DNA of 64,000 nucleotides from contig CM121343.1 in assembly GCA_051530055.1 (NCBI GenBank), forward strand, positions 4,186,389-4,250,388, given 5' to 3'. Source of the stretch: Neoechinorhynchus agilis. Taxonomy: Eukaryota > Animalia > Acanthocephala. Within the stretch, counting starts at the first letter, position 1, and each line of letters starts with the position of its first letter. A program made the position numbers and the translations under genes. Below the pieces are notes generated by a model, which was given only the letters and a program-made list of their open reading frames with translations, was not told the origin of the DNA and did not search any database. Shown one piece after another: positions 25,445 to 37,051 of this stretch.

Positions 25445-27139
25445 TTTGTTCCTTGTCGTATGATGAGACAATGCGTGAGCACACAACAATTTTGATTAAA
25501 CCAAAATACTCTCACTATATTTGGGTTTCCGCTCTATGAGCAAGTGCTTGGTCTCAGTGGACTAAAAAGGCACGATTGGATATAAAATAGTATCCAGTAT
25601 TAGTACTACTATAAAGATGGTGCGCCGAGTATGCGTGGATTCGAGCGTTGACGAATAGAGAATCCCCCTGCGTGCTTTAATTATGCACAATGCGTTTTCT
25701 CTACTCTTATATCTTTCCTCTATGGACGTGATCTCCTAAACGAGAAGTTCCCTGTCTTTAGAACGCAAAGACGCCCGTGCATCCTTTTTCAGCCAATCAG
25801 AGTACAGATAGATTGTAGTATTACCCAAACCGCCGCCACCACCGCCACCATCACATCAGGGCACTAGTCAATTCTACAGATATCAGAATGAGAACATTAT
25901 CTTTCTGTTGCTCGTTTCATGTAAAGCATTGCGAATGCAGTCTAGCGCTTGCAGTTTGTCACTGCGATCAATAAGTATTCTGAGTCCCAAGTGGATTTTA
26001 GTCTCTACTATCCATACGCCGCATCCACAATTGCAGACCCGACGCAATATGTAATAACTTTTAATGCCAGACAAAAATAATCATCGAATGAATTTCGGTT
26101 AATCTTTATAGAAATTGTCAAATTCATAATTTCAAAAAAAAATTTAATGTCGCAAAGTGGAACTTTAACCATCAAAGAGAACAAATATCATTAGTTAAAC
26201 GATTTTAGAAAAAAGAAATACGACTCATGGCATTTATTGCACTTTGAGGATCGAAAAATATCCCAGTAGAAATTAGGAGACTTGCGGGAATTGTAGATCA
26301 AGTAGGGAGCACCAAAAACCCACCTATGACTGAATGCTACAAACACGTCGTCAACAAAATCATATTAATCATTGATTAGAATTTTATTCGCAGACACGAG
26401 CCACGCCTGAAACCTAATGAATAATGCAATATCTATTAGCGGAAAATCGGGAATTGTATTATCATCATTCTTGCGAAAAGTTCTTTATAAAAAACAACTG
26501 TGAAAGCAAAGTCTTGCAGACAATCTCTCCTTAACGAGTTTGTCAACCTCTTTATCCAAAAGTAATCAATGCAGGGCGTGTTTTAAGTTGTACATGACAA
26601 TATTAGGGCGGTATGTGTCCTTGGTATTTTATTAATTTAATATTATTCCCAGAGTTAAATTTTGTAAAGCTAAAGGGCAATATTTATTTTAGTCAATTCT
26701 ATGAATAGATAACTATCTATTCGATTTTCAGGAATTCACGCTATAAACAGTAAGACTCGCAACAATCCTTAATCAATTTGCTTATTATCACTTGAAGATC
26801 TTTTGATCATTCCGCGGTTGTGGGTTACCTGCAGCGAATAGGCGGCGTTCACTCTGTAGTTTTAAAGTTTTTATACTGTTAAGATCAAATTGATCTTGTG
26901 ATATACAACCATCAAGCATTTCTTTTAAAAAAACCGCTATAATTAATTGGTATTCCAATCACAAAAATCTCAAATCACCGCCCAGTATTTAAGCAGTACT
27001 GTTTATGCAAAATTAATAATAGCAATCAAGAGCTATAAATTCATTATAAAGCGAAAAAATTAAAGGGCTTAAGCTTATTTTTATTAATTTCTCATGACTG
27101 TCCTAATGAAAGCTTAAAAATGTTTTAATTCGAAATTCA

Positions 27140-27271
27140 ACTTCGATCATACAAGTTGTGAGGTTATATGATTGAAATTATTGTTTAGGTCTTCACTCAG
27201 ATCCGAAGAGGTTCAAAACGTCCTTAATAAAAAATCATTTACTCGTTGAAGACCTAAACAATAATTCCAAT
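27140..27271. mobile_element. Palindromic element family A (internally deleted; tail on the left)
   Basis: ATTGAAATTATTGTTTAGGTCTTCA / TGAAGACCTAAACAATAATTCCAAT, preceded by a tail-like TCGAT...TGTGAGG segment in reverse orientation. Confidence 0.6.
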
Positions 27272-27639
27272 GATTATTACATGGTAAAATTTAGATAAAG
27301 TATTAAATTTTACAAATTAATAATTAAAAACATGTACTAATTTTTTTTATTGCAATAAAACAGATAACCGTGACCTGAAAGAGAAGATATTACACTAAAA
27401 AAGTTTGTTTATTGTCACAAAAATCAGTGCCACTAACAGTCTGTAGAAAAGCTTAAACGAGATGTTACAATTAATTTAAATATCCATGTTCTTACTTAGA
27501 AATTGTGTCCGCGTTCTTTATGTATCCGAAGAATGCTTTGGCCAATAATATTGTGTCAATTTAGTTTCTAGCGATAAGCCATAGAATTAGAAGTTAACTG
27601 CAGTTTTAGAAGAAAATTTCGACAGTGAGTCAATTTTCA

Positions 27640-29260
27640 TTGGTCGTATCGAGATCTTTTGTTACGTGGTTATTTAATCCACGTTCTTTCACTATTATGC
27701 CATTTCTCATGACAATAAATGAGCAGCGGCTAAACTTATGGTGTAATGTTTAAATTAGCGTTAAAGCAATTTTACTCACTATATTTTGCAAAGATTCAAA
27801 TCGGCCTTCATAGAATAGTGTATGAACATTCCTTAAAGTCAATGTGTAGGCGAGAATTCGAAATGGGGTCTTTGACGCTAAAATTTCGAAGATAAGCTGG
27901 CATGTGACAAAATAAACTTACATCGAACAGATTTTGCTGCAAATGCTTAATGTTTTAAGTGCGAAATTGATTTTGCAATATTATTGAGGAATGAACGAGT
28001 GTAAATTGACCATTGAGATATTTTTTAAGAACGGATCAAGAGAAGAAATGACTTCGGAGAATCGAAATAGTGCGCAAAACTAATCTAAGGACACATAAAC
28101 AAGGAAATCGCGAAATTCTAGATGGATAATGACAACGTGCCGTATTGTTTCGGCGTCAGTGAAGCTAAAAGTGACTCAAATAAAATAAACGCAGACGTCG
28201 ACTATTTTTTGTAAGCTAGATTTTCGATAATTTGTAAAATATAATTATTCACTCACTATAAAGTCACCAGAAAGATTAAATCGTGCTCTTTAAAGGTGGA
28301 TAGATTGCGAGTAAGTGGAAAACGATGTAAAAGACAATAACTTTTTTGTTGCGCTTCTACGAATGGTAAAGGGTGGAGATTTCAGCTTTGAGATTAACTT
28401 CGGTGGACGAAGTCTGGACGTCGGCTTACGACTAGAATTTCCAACTTGTAGTCGCTTTCTTGAAGATAGATATTTTTTCCATACATGGCCCAATGGACAC
28501 CCGCAGTCCACCGATTCATTGGTCTGGGAAGCACTGGTCTGCGCTCAATGCCCCAAGACCGTACGGTAACTGAGTTTACTCCCGAGGAGGCGGGGACTGA
28601 CTGTCTTTTCGGCCGTGTATGGAAAAAGATATCTATCAAAAGACTACCGGCTGAGCCACATATAAAAATTCTAAAAAAAATCGGAAAGCTTTCTTGAAGG
28701 TATTCGTCATCTTCATTAGATGAATTAATGTTTCTCATTGTTGACTAAAAGTTAAAATAACCTGCATCGATGAAGTGAATCTAAAATTTGAGCACAAGGC
28801 ATAGATGTTGCATTTAAAAATTGGCAATAGTTCGATTGTTTTGTTTTTGACGATGAAGTGAATCATGTTTTCAACTAAGAGTTGGATATTATTGAATAAA
28901 GAGAAAACCTTAGCTAAATGTGAGCCCGTCACTCGGTCTCCTTTTGGTACCTTCATCTTCTTTTTTTCTATCCACGGCTTATTATCTTGTTCTATCGATT
29001 TGCTTGATTTGGTATCCGAGTGTGAAGAGTATTTCCAAACAAAGGGGGAAGTTTCACTAAGAAGACGTGCAGCGGAATTTCTGGCGGAGTTCAGGCGGCC
29101 GTCTTCTCTAGAGTTTCATATAGTTTTGGTGGTTGCTTTCACGCTAAGCCAAAGCTCTAAACGCTTTCACTTTAGCCAGATCGGGTGTGATCGACAGATT
29201 AGTGGTCAGCGTATAACCGAGAACTACAATCCTTTTGTAAAATGGTGAGACGTTCATGTG
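27640..29260 (-). CDS. Uncharacterised multi-exon protein-coding gene (ends unresolved)
   Basis: A chain of open exons with GT-AG boundaries: EDGRLNSARNSAARLL...CNIYALCSNF, ...PRPMNRWTAGVHWAMYGKNIYLQESDYKLEILV, HLQQNLFD, LIFEILASKTPFRILAYTLTLRNVHTLFYEGRFESLQNI, FSRCSFIVMRNGII. Confidence 0.5.
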
Positions 29261-29478
29261 ACGAAATTCCTAGACAAACTCGATGATCATCTTCTTACCT
29301 AACGTTGAAGTAGATTTTATTTGAAATTTTGTTTTTTTATGATTCAAAGACAGACCCATGGAAGATGGTTAAAACCTCAAATAGATTGGCAACGCATTGA
29401 TCGGAAAATCAGTGACATCGATGTCACGACAGAACGATTGTATCCATGTGGTGCCATTGCTGATTGGTTGTAAGTGTA

Positions 29479-32467
29479 ATGCCAATTCAAGCTTTCGTGG
29501 CGCCACTGACTCTAGTGCTCAGCACGGCGCTTTTCGTTTCATCGGGAGCATACGTTCAAGGTAATACCTTCAATGATTTCGCTCGAAGAGTAAGTGGCTT
29601 ATCTGAAGAGGATTATAGTTTTAAAAGAATCGTTCAGTATGCCGTTAGATTTGACCACTTTTCAGAATGGACAAAGATCAAAACAATAAACGAAAACGTT
29701 AAGACTCAGGATCCGTCAAAGATCGATATGGTCGCGTGAGTTTCCCATTCTCGTCTAATGTCTCAAAATGCCTGATTAAAGGCATCTCTTTTCGGTTGTG
29801 GACAATAATAATGATTCATTTATAACCGAACTGGAACTCGAAGACTGGATTCGATCACTCATCGTAAATTATTCCAAATTAAATAACAAAAAATATTTCA
29901 CTTATTATGACACAAACATGGACGGCGTTGTTGAATGGTCCGAAATCTATAATACGAGCTATGCGTTCGCTGGTAAGCCCTTTCAACGGCGTAGAATTTC
30001 TCCAAAATTAGAGCAAATTATCTTTTTAACGAGCAGCATTGTTTTATTAAATTGAATTTTTCCATTGACATGAATAATTCAATCTTGAAACAATTTTTTT
30101 AAATAAAAACCTTAACCGGACGGTTCATTCACGAACTGTTCAAAAAGGAATCCTTGTGCCCATTCCAAAAGATCGACACTTCTTAATCCTTTTTTATAGC
30201 GAATTATCATTTATTTGATAATTCGCTATAAAAAAAAGTTAAAATGATGAACATCTTTGCAACTTTTCAATCCGTAAACTTACACTTCTCAGTCGTTAAC
30301 GCTCTCGTACAATTGTTTCATTTTAAATTGAGCACTCTGTTTTTTTTATTTACTGTCCATGAAACTGCATTAAAGAGATTATTTCGTCGAACAATCTCGT
30401 TTAATGGAGATGTGGCGATCATAATCCCCGGATAGAAAACTTTTTATTGAAGATATTTCGAATCATCAAAAAAAGGTTTAAGTTGTTGTGTATTGTATAG
30501 CTCGGGTTCGCGGGATCATCATTTCCGAGGTTCGGAAAAGGAGATTTCCTAGCGAAAATCCGGGCGGGGATTATGGTGACCACATCTCCAACTCTATCAT
30601 CCCGACGGATTTTCTTTCTATGGTTGGGCTTTTATGATTTCTCGGATTCTTCGCGAAATATCTTTAACAAAATTCTTGTTTTATCCTGGCGTGTTATCAC
30701 TACATCTCCAACTCTATTATTCCGAGGATTTTCTCTTGACAATTGATTTCGTGAAAGATCATCCGGGTGGTATTTACAATCTCGTCCTCATGCTTTCCGT
30801 CGTTTTATCTGTAGTTCTCTAAAAACTTGTTGTGTTCCATTAACTATGCGAGATGATATTGTAGAAAACCAAGCAAATCTGTCGAAAAGTGCTTTACAGA
30901 GTATTCGTCATCAATTGAAAAAGGATGCGAGAAGGTATGAATTACACGGATCATTTCTTTAAATGGTTGCCTTGTTCGGCTTTGAATTCACCAAGGTTCA
31001 TTGCGGCGGATTTCAGCAATAAATCAAGACTGAATATACAAGAATTCGAAATGTTCGCGTGTCCTGAATTATATAGCGAAATGGATAATATCACATTGCT
31101 GGTTAGTCTAGACTAAATAACTTGAGAAAATAGATAAAGTAAAGGAATCATTTGAAAATGTCGATACTAACAATGACGGCTTAATAGATTTCGTTGAGTT
31201 CAAGGGTATTTTAAACTCGAAAAATTTAAATCTAAGTTTGTTTGCCCATTAAGAGGATATATTGTCCAATAGCAACCCCGTGGAATTAAGCAATGAAGAT
31301 ATCGACCAGTCACCGAGGGAACGATTTATTCAGTTAGATGTGAACAATGACCAGAAATTAGACTTGATGGAAACAAAGCCATGGTTACTAACCGGGTTTG
31401 ATGCCTACGTTAGGTTCGAAGTTGCCCATATATTTTCTCACGTCGATGAAAATAAGGTAAGTCGCTATTTTGCGTTAAAGTTGATTAAATTTAAGTGAGG
31501 ATTTTTGAGTGTATAAACATAAAGTTACGATCTTATGTGTTCTTTGGTGATTATAAAAAAAATAGAAACTGATTTATTCGCAATATTTCGTCGTTTTCGG
31601 AGAAAAATAAAAGATTACTTGCATTTTCTCTGAAAATAACCTGAAGTCCGACGAGACGAAATATTCAGATCAATAAATCAGTCTCTATTTTTATAATCAC
31701 CGAAGAACACATAAATGAACAACAGTTAAGATCTTATTGCGGAGACTTCAGAATTCATTAGGCGATAATTCTCATAAATGTAATCTATACAGTTAATAAT
31801 TTTTATTGAGCCGAAAGCCTGTCGCTAAATTTTAATATTGTCTTGGTTGTTCTTAGAACTCTTCGAATTCACACGAGGAATCCACAAAGGGTGTAAAACG
31901 TTGAGTTTCTATTCAGACGCTAAGTTTCAAATGTAACTATGATTTGTTCTATTTCGTTTTGACGTGATATTACCAAAAGATGATTTACTAATTCCATTAT
32001 ACTCACTGCATCAATCACGTCCCATCTCTCCGCCAGTTTCTCCCGTTATACAGTCACGTTTATCCTCTATTGGTCGCTTCCCTCATTCGGCGGCTTAATT
32101 CATAGCATTGTTTAAAGACGGACTCCTAATTTTGAACACTGGAATTTCATTACTCTTGAAATATATTCCTCTAGTAAAGTATTAAAAAATATTTCTGAGC
32201 CCGAACAGCACGAAATCGTTGTCATATCTTTGCAAAGTCAATCTAAAGCTTTTCTGCATTTACGAACCCCAAGTCGCGTCATAAGTCAATGGAGTTTTTC
32301 AATTCTACATTGAGGAAATTCATTCGATTCTAATTAGTTTCATTTTTCAGGATGCCAAGTTAAGTCTAAAGGAGATAATGCGTCACCGAGATGTTTTAAT
32401 AGGAAGTGAAGCCACACAGTACGGCAAACTGCTCGAATCACCGAATCATGAGCACGACGAGTTCTAA
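29479..32467 (+). CDS. CREC-family ER EF-hand protein (calumenin/reticulocalbin-like), multi-exon
   Basis: Signal peptide MPIQAFVAPLTLVLSTALFVSSG. EF-hands DNNNDSFITELE, DTNMDGVVEWSE, DTNNDGLIDFVE, DVNNDQKLDLME. PELYSEMD and GSEATQYG motifs. C-terminal HDEF ER-retention signal. Confidence 0.88.
30406..30624. mobile_element. Palindromic element family D in a calumenin intron
   Basis: GGAGATGTGGCGATCATAATCCCCGGATAG ... AATCCGGGCGGGGATTATGGTGACCACATCTCC, extended by the reverse complement of the satellite's CCATAAAGAGAAAATCC..GGGATGAT segment. Confidence 0.7.
31565..31685. mobile_element. Palindromic MITE-like element, family C (calumenin intron)
   Basis: GAAACTGATTTATT..AATATTTCGTC / GAAGTCCGACGAGACGAAATATT..AATAAATCAGTCTC. 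Homologous to 14939-15049. Confidence 0.7.
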
Positions 32468-32545
32468 AATTTAAATAAATATAATAAGCCGTTCATAAGC
32501 AACATACTTTTTTCAAGAAAAAAACGCGTGATCGATTGGGGAGCT

Positions 32546-33052
32546 TTACTTTTCTTCTTTTTGTCCTTCATTTTTCTTTAAGTACTCAGTCACGATCTGG
32601 ATTACCTTTTCAGTTTTTCCAAGACAATCAACCAACTCCTGAGACTTTTTGGCTAAGGAAGCAGTTTTCATATTATAATAATCAATGCATGCGGATTTCG
32701 GCATGTCGGCCATGTATCCGGCGCCCAGGATTATCCTGAAAGAGGAAACATCACTAATCTCTCCATCAAAGAATATTGATTCATTCAGTTGTAAGAGACT
32801 TGGTGTGCCAACGGCAGCCTGACTAATTTGTTCAATCGCATTCTTAGACCGATTCATCTTGGAGCGAACCAGGTTCAAGCCAGCTAAGGACGCCTTTAAA
32901 GATTCTGCTTCGTTTTTCAGGTGGATGACTGATTTTTTAACTTCGATCAACGGCATTTTCCTAATATCTCGGCCATTTAATAAGACTGTATTTGCATCAT
33001 CCGTTATCTTTTTCGAAGTACCATCACGCTGTTTCCCAGAAGTAGGCGGCAT
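32546..33052 (-). CDS. PFDN5: Prefoldin subunit 5 (alpha-type), intronless
   Basis: LLQLNESIFFDGEISDVSSFRIILGAGYMADMPKSACIDYYNMK matches LVPLTSSMYVPGKL...VLIDVGTGYYVEK...AKDFFKRK. Flanked by coiled coils. Confidence 0.75.
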   Translation of the reverse strand: MPPTSGKQRDGTSKKITDDANTVLLNGRDIRKMPLIEVKKSVIHLKNEAESLKASLAGLNLVRSKMNRSKNAIEQISQAAVGTPSLLQLNESIFFDGEISDVSSFRIILGAGYMADMPKSACIDYYNMKTASLAKKSQELVDCLGKTEKVIQIVTEYLKKNEGQKEEK

Positions 33053-33123
33053 CTAAAGGATTCCAAGGCACACACATTAATTCGTTTGTTTTTCTACGTT
33101 AAACTTAAACATTAAATATTTAA

Positions 33124-35040
33124 TTAAATGTCATCTTTATAGATGGAATGATCAATGTTACCCAGAGTAGCCATGGATGGGGTGGAATCGAATATTGATT
33201 TTGCTAAGGAATTAACTTCATCGGTGGATACTTTGTCTAATTCCTCTAGACATTTATACGGATCGATAGCATATCGATGCGCTAGTGAATCGTTCACCGC
33301 TGACGCCGCATTCATTAACGAACTTAAACACTCGTCCAATTCACATTTGAGATCCGTACTAAGTTGCATCTTCGCCAATGATACTTGCTGAGTAGTGAAT
33401 TTCGGTTCGCATGTCAATAATCCCATAAGTTCCTTCAAAACCTCACTCATGTCATCCGGCGATTCCACTTTTATACTTAAAAGACCAGCTCCACAGTTGT
33501 AGGTAATTCTCTCACAGTCAATTAATACTTGGTCTCTTCTGCTCATACGACTGGCAACACTAAAACGTGATCCATTTAAGAAATACCGATGATTTGAACC
33601 AATTAATCGTTGTAAAATTTCAGTCACCAAATCGGACCGAGGATCAAGTGAGCTTGCATTATAGCTCAATACAACCCGACAAGTAGGGTCACTTGCAATG
33701 AATTTAGATCTTAGTTCGCCTAGAAACAAACAATTTGTTTAGTCGAGGAACTTTGAAGAATATGACAGCGTACGAGGATAAAATATATTTTTGGTTCTTG
33801 TTTTTATGGAATTCGCCTCAATATCGGCACTTCCTATTTCCGATAAGATGGAACATACCTTAGTAAGTGAATCAGCAGGAATGCCTGCACTCACGACCGT
33901 GAATCTATTCGATTTAAAGTGCTGCCGGTGATAATCATGGAGCTAAATCGTAGAGATTAGTACTTGAACGCAATTAGAAGATATTTTTATAATTTTATCG
34001 GTGGTCGAGAAATCAGCTGACAATCCAACAAATGCAATTAGAAGAATGACAATGTTTTGAAAACAAAATAAGACCGTACAGATTTCAATTTAAAAAATCA
34101 GGAAAAATACACCGAAGACATCAAAAACAGGTCTTACCGCGGTGTCGAATAAATCAAGAAAAAAGAAGTACAATGGATCTTCAACAAAAATCTATTCAAA
34201 CCAATTATTTACCAAATGATTTCGTTTTTAGAATCATAAAAGGACAGCAATTATGATTTGAAAATTAACTTCTAGCGTACCTTTCCTTTAGTTAGATTGG
34301 ACACGTCCAATGAATCGGCACAAAGCTTTTCGCCATGAATATCATTCGTAGCATCCAATAAATGATAATCACTGCCCCGTATTACTAAGACCACCTTTAA
34401 ATGAACACTCGTGTACCATATCACTTAGTTCTATTTTGTTAAAAATCGTTATGCAAAAAAGAAAAGGCTGGAGATCAGTTACTTTGCTCAGCGCATTTCT
34501 CGTAGATATTGGATTCCATAATCAATCGATTTTTCACGTCCTGGACCTCCCAACCTTTGAATTCGGGTTCAGTTACGACACTCAACAGAATCGGTAAGAC
34601 TTGATGTCTAATTGTTCATAGACAAACAGAATCATTGAGTAAAATAGAAGCACTTACAGGTTGTTGTGAGAAGAGCAAAGTTTGTAGGTGATGAAATCCC
34701 GTGAATGGTCAGCCCAAAAACGAACACCGAAATGATCGAGCCGACGAACGACTTCGACACTGGTGGCACTTTTAGTTGTTCCACCAGCAAAAGATTTGAT
34801 CATTTGGCTAGCTCCAGCATTTTGAACGGTTTCGTATTTCGAGCCCGCTTTTACACTAACATGAAGAAACGAGAATGGGTAATCGAAATCGTATGAAATA
34901 AGACGTAGTCCACTTTTCTGATCGGTCACATCCGTTGGATTTCGTTTGAACGAAAGTGGATCCAGATTTCGCGATCCAACGTTGCAGTTGGTGTTCAAAG
35001 AATGAGCCGCAAAAATCATCGCTCGCTTCCGTGCGAACAT
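33124..35040 (-). CDS. UQCRC2: Cytochrome b-c1 complex core protein 2 (non-catalytic M16B family), multi-exon
   Basis: Arg-rich presequence, VKAGSKYE...GASQMIK (no HxxEH), DHSRDFITY, and C-terminus LDKVSTDEVNSLAKSIFDSTPSMATLGNIDHSIYKDDI*, like UQCRC2 ...SMAASGNLGHTPFVDEL*. MPP-alpha is the less likely alternative. Confidence 0.72.
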
Positions 35041-35259
35041 TCTTAGAGACTAACGACTATTATGAACGTAAAATTTAACTAAGAACTTACGCCAATGAAT
35101 TCCCTGGGTGCTTGCATTTGCTGCGTTTACTTTTCACTCATCTTTGGTGTTTTTGGTATGACGTCACTAGCTACGAAAGAAACTATGCACACGTAATGAA
35201 AAATTGCGATTTTGTTCGGTGACATAGGGAATTTGAATTAACATCAAAACGAGTTGAAA
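35041..35259. promoter_or_regulatory. 219-bp divergent intergenic region (candidate bidirectional promoter) with a perfect CRE palindrome TGACGTCA at 35159-35166
   Basis: UQCRC2 (ATG 35040, minus) and H2A.Z (ATG 35260, plus) are head-to-head. The 8-mer is seen directly. Confidence 0.5.
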
Positions 35260-35691
35260 ATGGTTCACGGAAAAACGGCCGAAAGTGGGAAACTTCGTAA
35301 ACGTGCAGTAAGTCGATCTCTGAGGGCTGGATTACAATTTCCGGTTGGAAGGGTTCATAGGCAGCTGAAGACGAGAGGCGTTGGACAAGTGCGCGTCAGT
35401 GCGAGTGCCGCCGTTTATGCGTCGGCGATTCTGGAGTACCTGACTGCGGAGGTGCTTGAGTTGGCCGGTAATGCCAGTAAGGATTTGAAAGTTAAAAGAA
35501 TTTCACCTAGGCATCTTCTTTTGGCGATCCGTGGTGATGAAGAATTAGACGTTCTGATCAGAGCGACCATTGCCGGTGGTGGGGTGATTCCCCACGTTCA
35601 CAAAGCATTGCTTGGCAAAAATGATCAGGATATTCAGATGGAAGAGAAACCTGAGCCGGAAGTAGAGGAAGCTCGCGACGAAGAACCTTGA
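35260..35691 (+). CDS. H2AZ: Histone H2A.Z variant, intronless, with acidic C-terminal extension
   Basis: [77 protein letters not shown] (H2A.Z-diagnostic). AATAAA at 35728 and no histone stem-loop seen. Confidence 0.93.
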   Translation: MVHGKTAESGKLRKRAVSRSLRAGLQFPVGRVHRQLKTRGVGQVRVSASAAVYASAILEYLTAEVLELAGNASKDLKVKRISPRHLLLAIRGDEELDVLIRATIAGGGVIPHVHKALLGKNDQDIQMEEKPEPEVEEARDEEP

Positions 35692-36385
35692 TCGGAGTAG
35701 CGAGAGAGAGCGAGAAACTTCGTCGTTAATAAACGAGGAGTATCGGCACGTTTGAACAATGATTTGTCGCTTTAGAACACATTATCTATCATCAAAAATG
35801 ATTGACTTTAATCGATCCAGCCAATAATCAAAGCAGAGACATTTTCCTAATGAGAAAATGCCATTTATACAATCCATTTTTAATGAGGAAAAGGTAGAAA
35901 TGTGCCAAAACGATCGAGTTCGATAGTTAAATTCAACAGCGGAAGAGATTTGATTTTAATAGTATTCGAGGAAGGCGATCTTGACCGCTAAATGATCGTA
36001 GAAACATTGAGAAACGAATAGACTGTATCGAAATTGATCGACTTTTTACCTAAAAACATCGCCATCATCCGGTAAAAACATCAATAAAATTAAAAGGATG
36101 AAAAATCCTTAACGCCCCTTTTCCTCTTTCTTACAGCGATCAGTACCAGATACTAAATTCCGCAACCAAAAATAGATCCTGGTGGGAAATCTTTGCAGCT
36201 TAAGAAATGAATGCGATTGCAGCGCGGATGAAACCGAGAAGCTAAATTTTATTATTCCCTGACTTTTTCCCAATAATAACACTCTTTGTAGAGTTTCAGA
36301 TTAAGCCATAATATCATTCACAGCACCGCTAGATTGGTGTTCGTTAATAAACGACGGTTTTATTTCAAAAGGCAAAAATAATGTT

Positions 36386-36591
36386 GGAATTATTGTTTTG
36401 AGGTCTACATCCGCGGTAAATGATTATTTCGATTAAAGACGTTCTGCGAACTTCACCGTAATTTCATCATCAGCTTGTTCCGGACGAGGTTCGTAGAACG
36501 TCTTTTTGATGAATAATCATTTACCGCGATTATAGACTTCAAAACAATAATCCTCTAATCACATTCCCCCCTCCAATACCTCACATATCGA
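36386..36591. mobile_element. Palindromic element family A with one-sided tail
   Basis: GGAATTATTGTTTTGAGGTCTA..CGCGGTAAATGATTATT..AAAGACGTTCT / AGAACGTCTTT..AATAATCATTTACCGCG..TAGACTTCAAAACAATAATCC, followed by a tail ending CCTCACATATCGAC. Confidence 0.75.
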
Positions 36592-37051
36592 CAAAAATAA
36601 TGTTGATATTTATTGATTTTACTGAGCTGCACCAAACTTTTTAATATGCACGCCGGATAGTTCATTACAAGCTAAAAATGACAATGTAATATTGCCGGTG
36701 AAGGAAGCAAAAATTAAACGAATATTCTTGTTTTTGATCAGTTTTCAAGTAGCGTGTTCTTCAAAATATTTCATTTAAAGAACGTCCTGTTAATGGTCAA
36801 TCTGTCTAGTAAATGAACATCAATAACACTAATACAAAACTACATTGAGCGACGTCGTTGCCCCCTCGGATTCGTCAGGTCTTCGTTTATATGCTCTCGA
36901 ACGGAAGAGCAATTTGTTCTACAAGAAAAAGTTCATCAGGCTAGAACAGTTCCGATATTCCGCGCAGCAATCTTCACTGGAACATTATGGTTCTTGTTTT
37001 TGCTGTTTCCAACTATCTTCTATAGAAGTCTTCGTCGGTCCAAGGGAGTAA

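Noticed and set aside
28394-28738. Alpha-mannosidase (GH38) assignment for the 28-kb gene
   Set aside because: Only a loose resemblance (IYLQE..L.IL), and the following exons do not match the expected GGSS...LE.M.HRR motifs.
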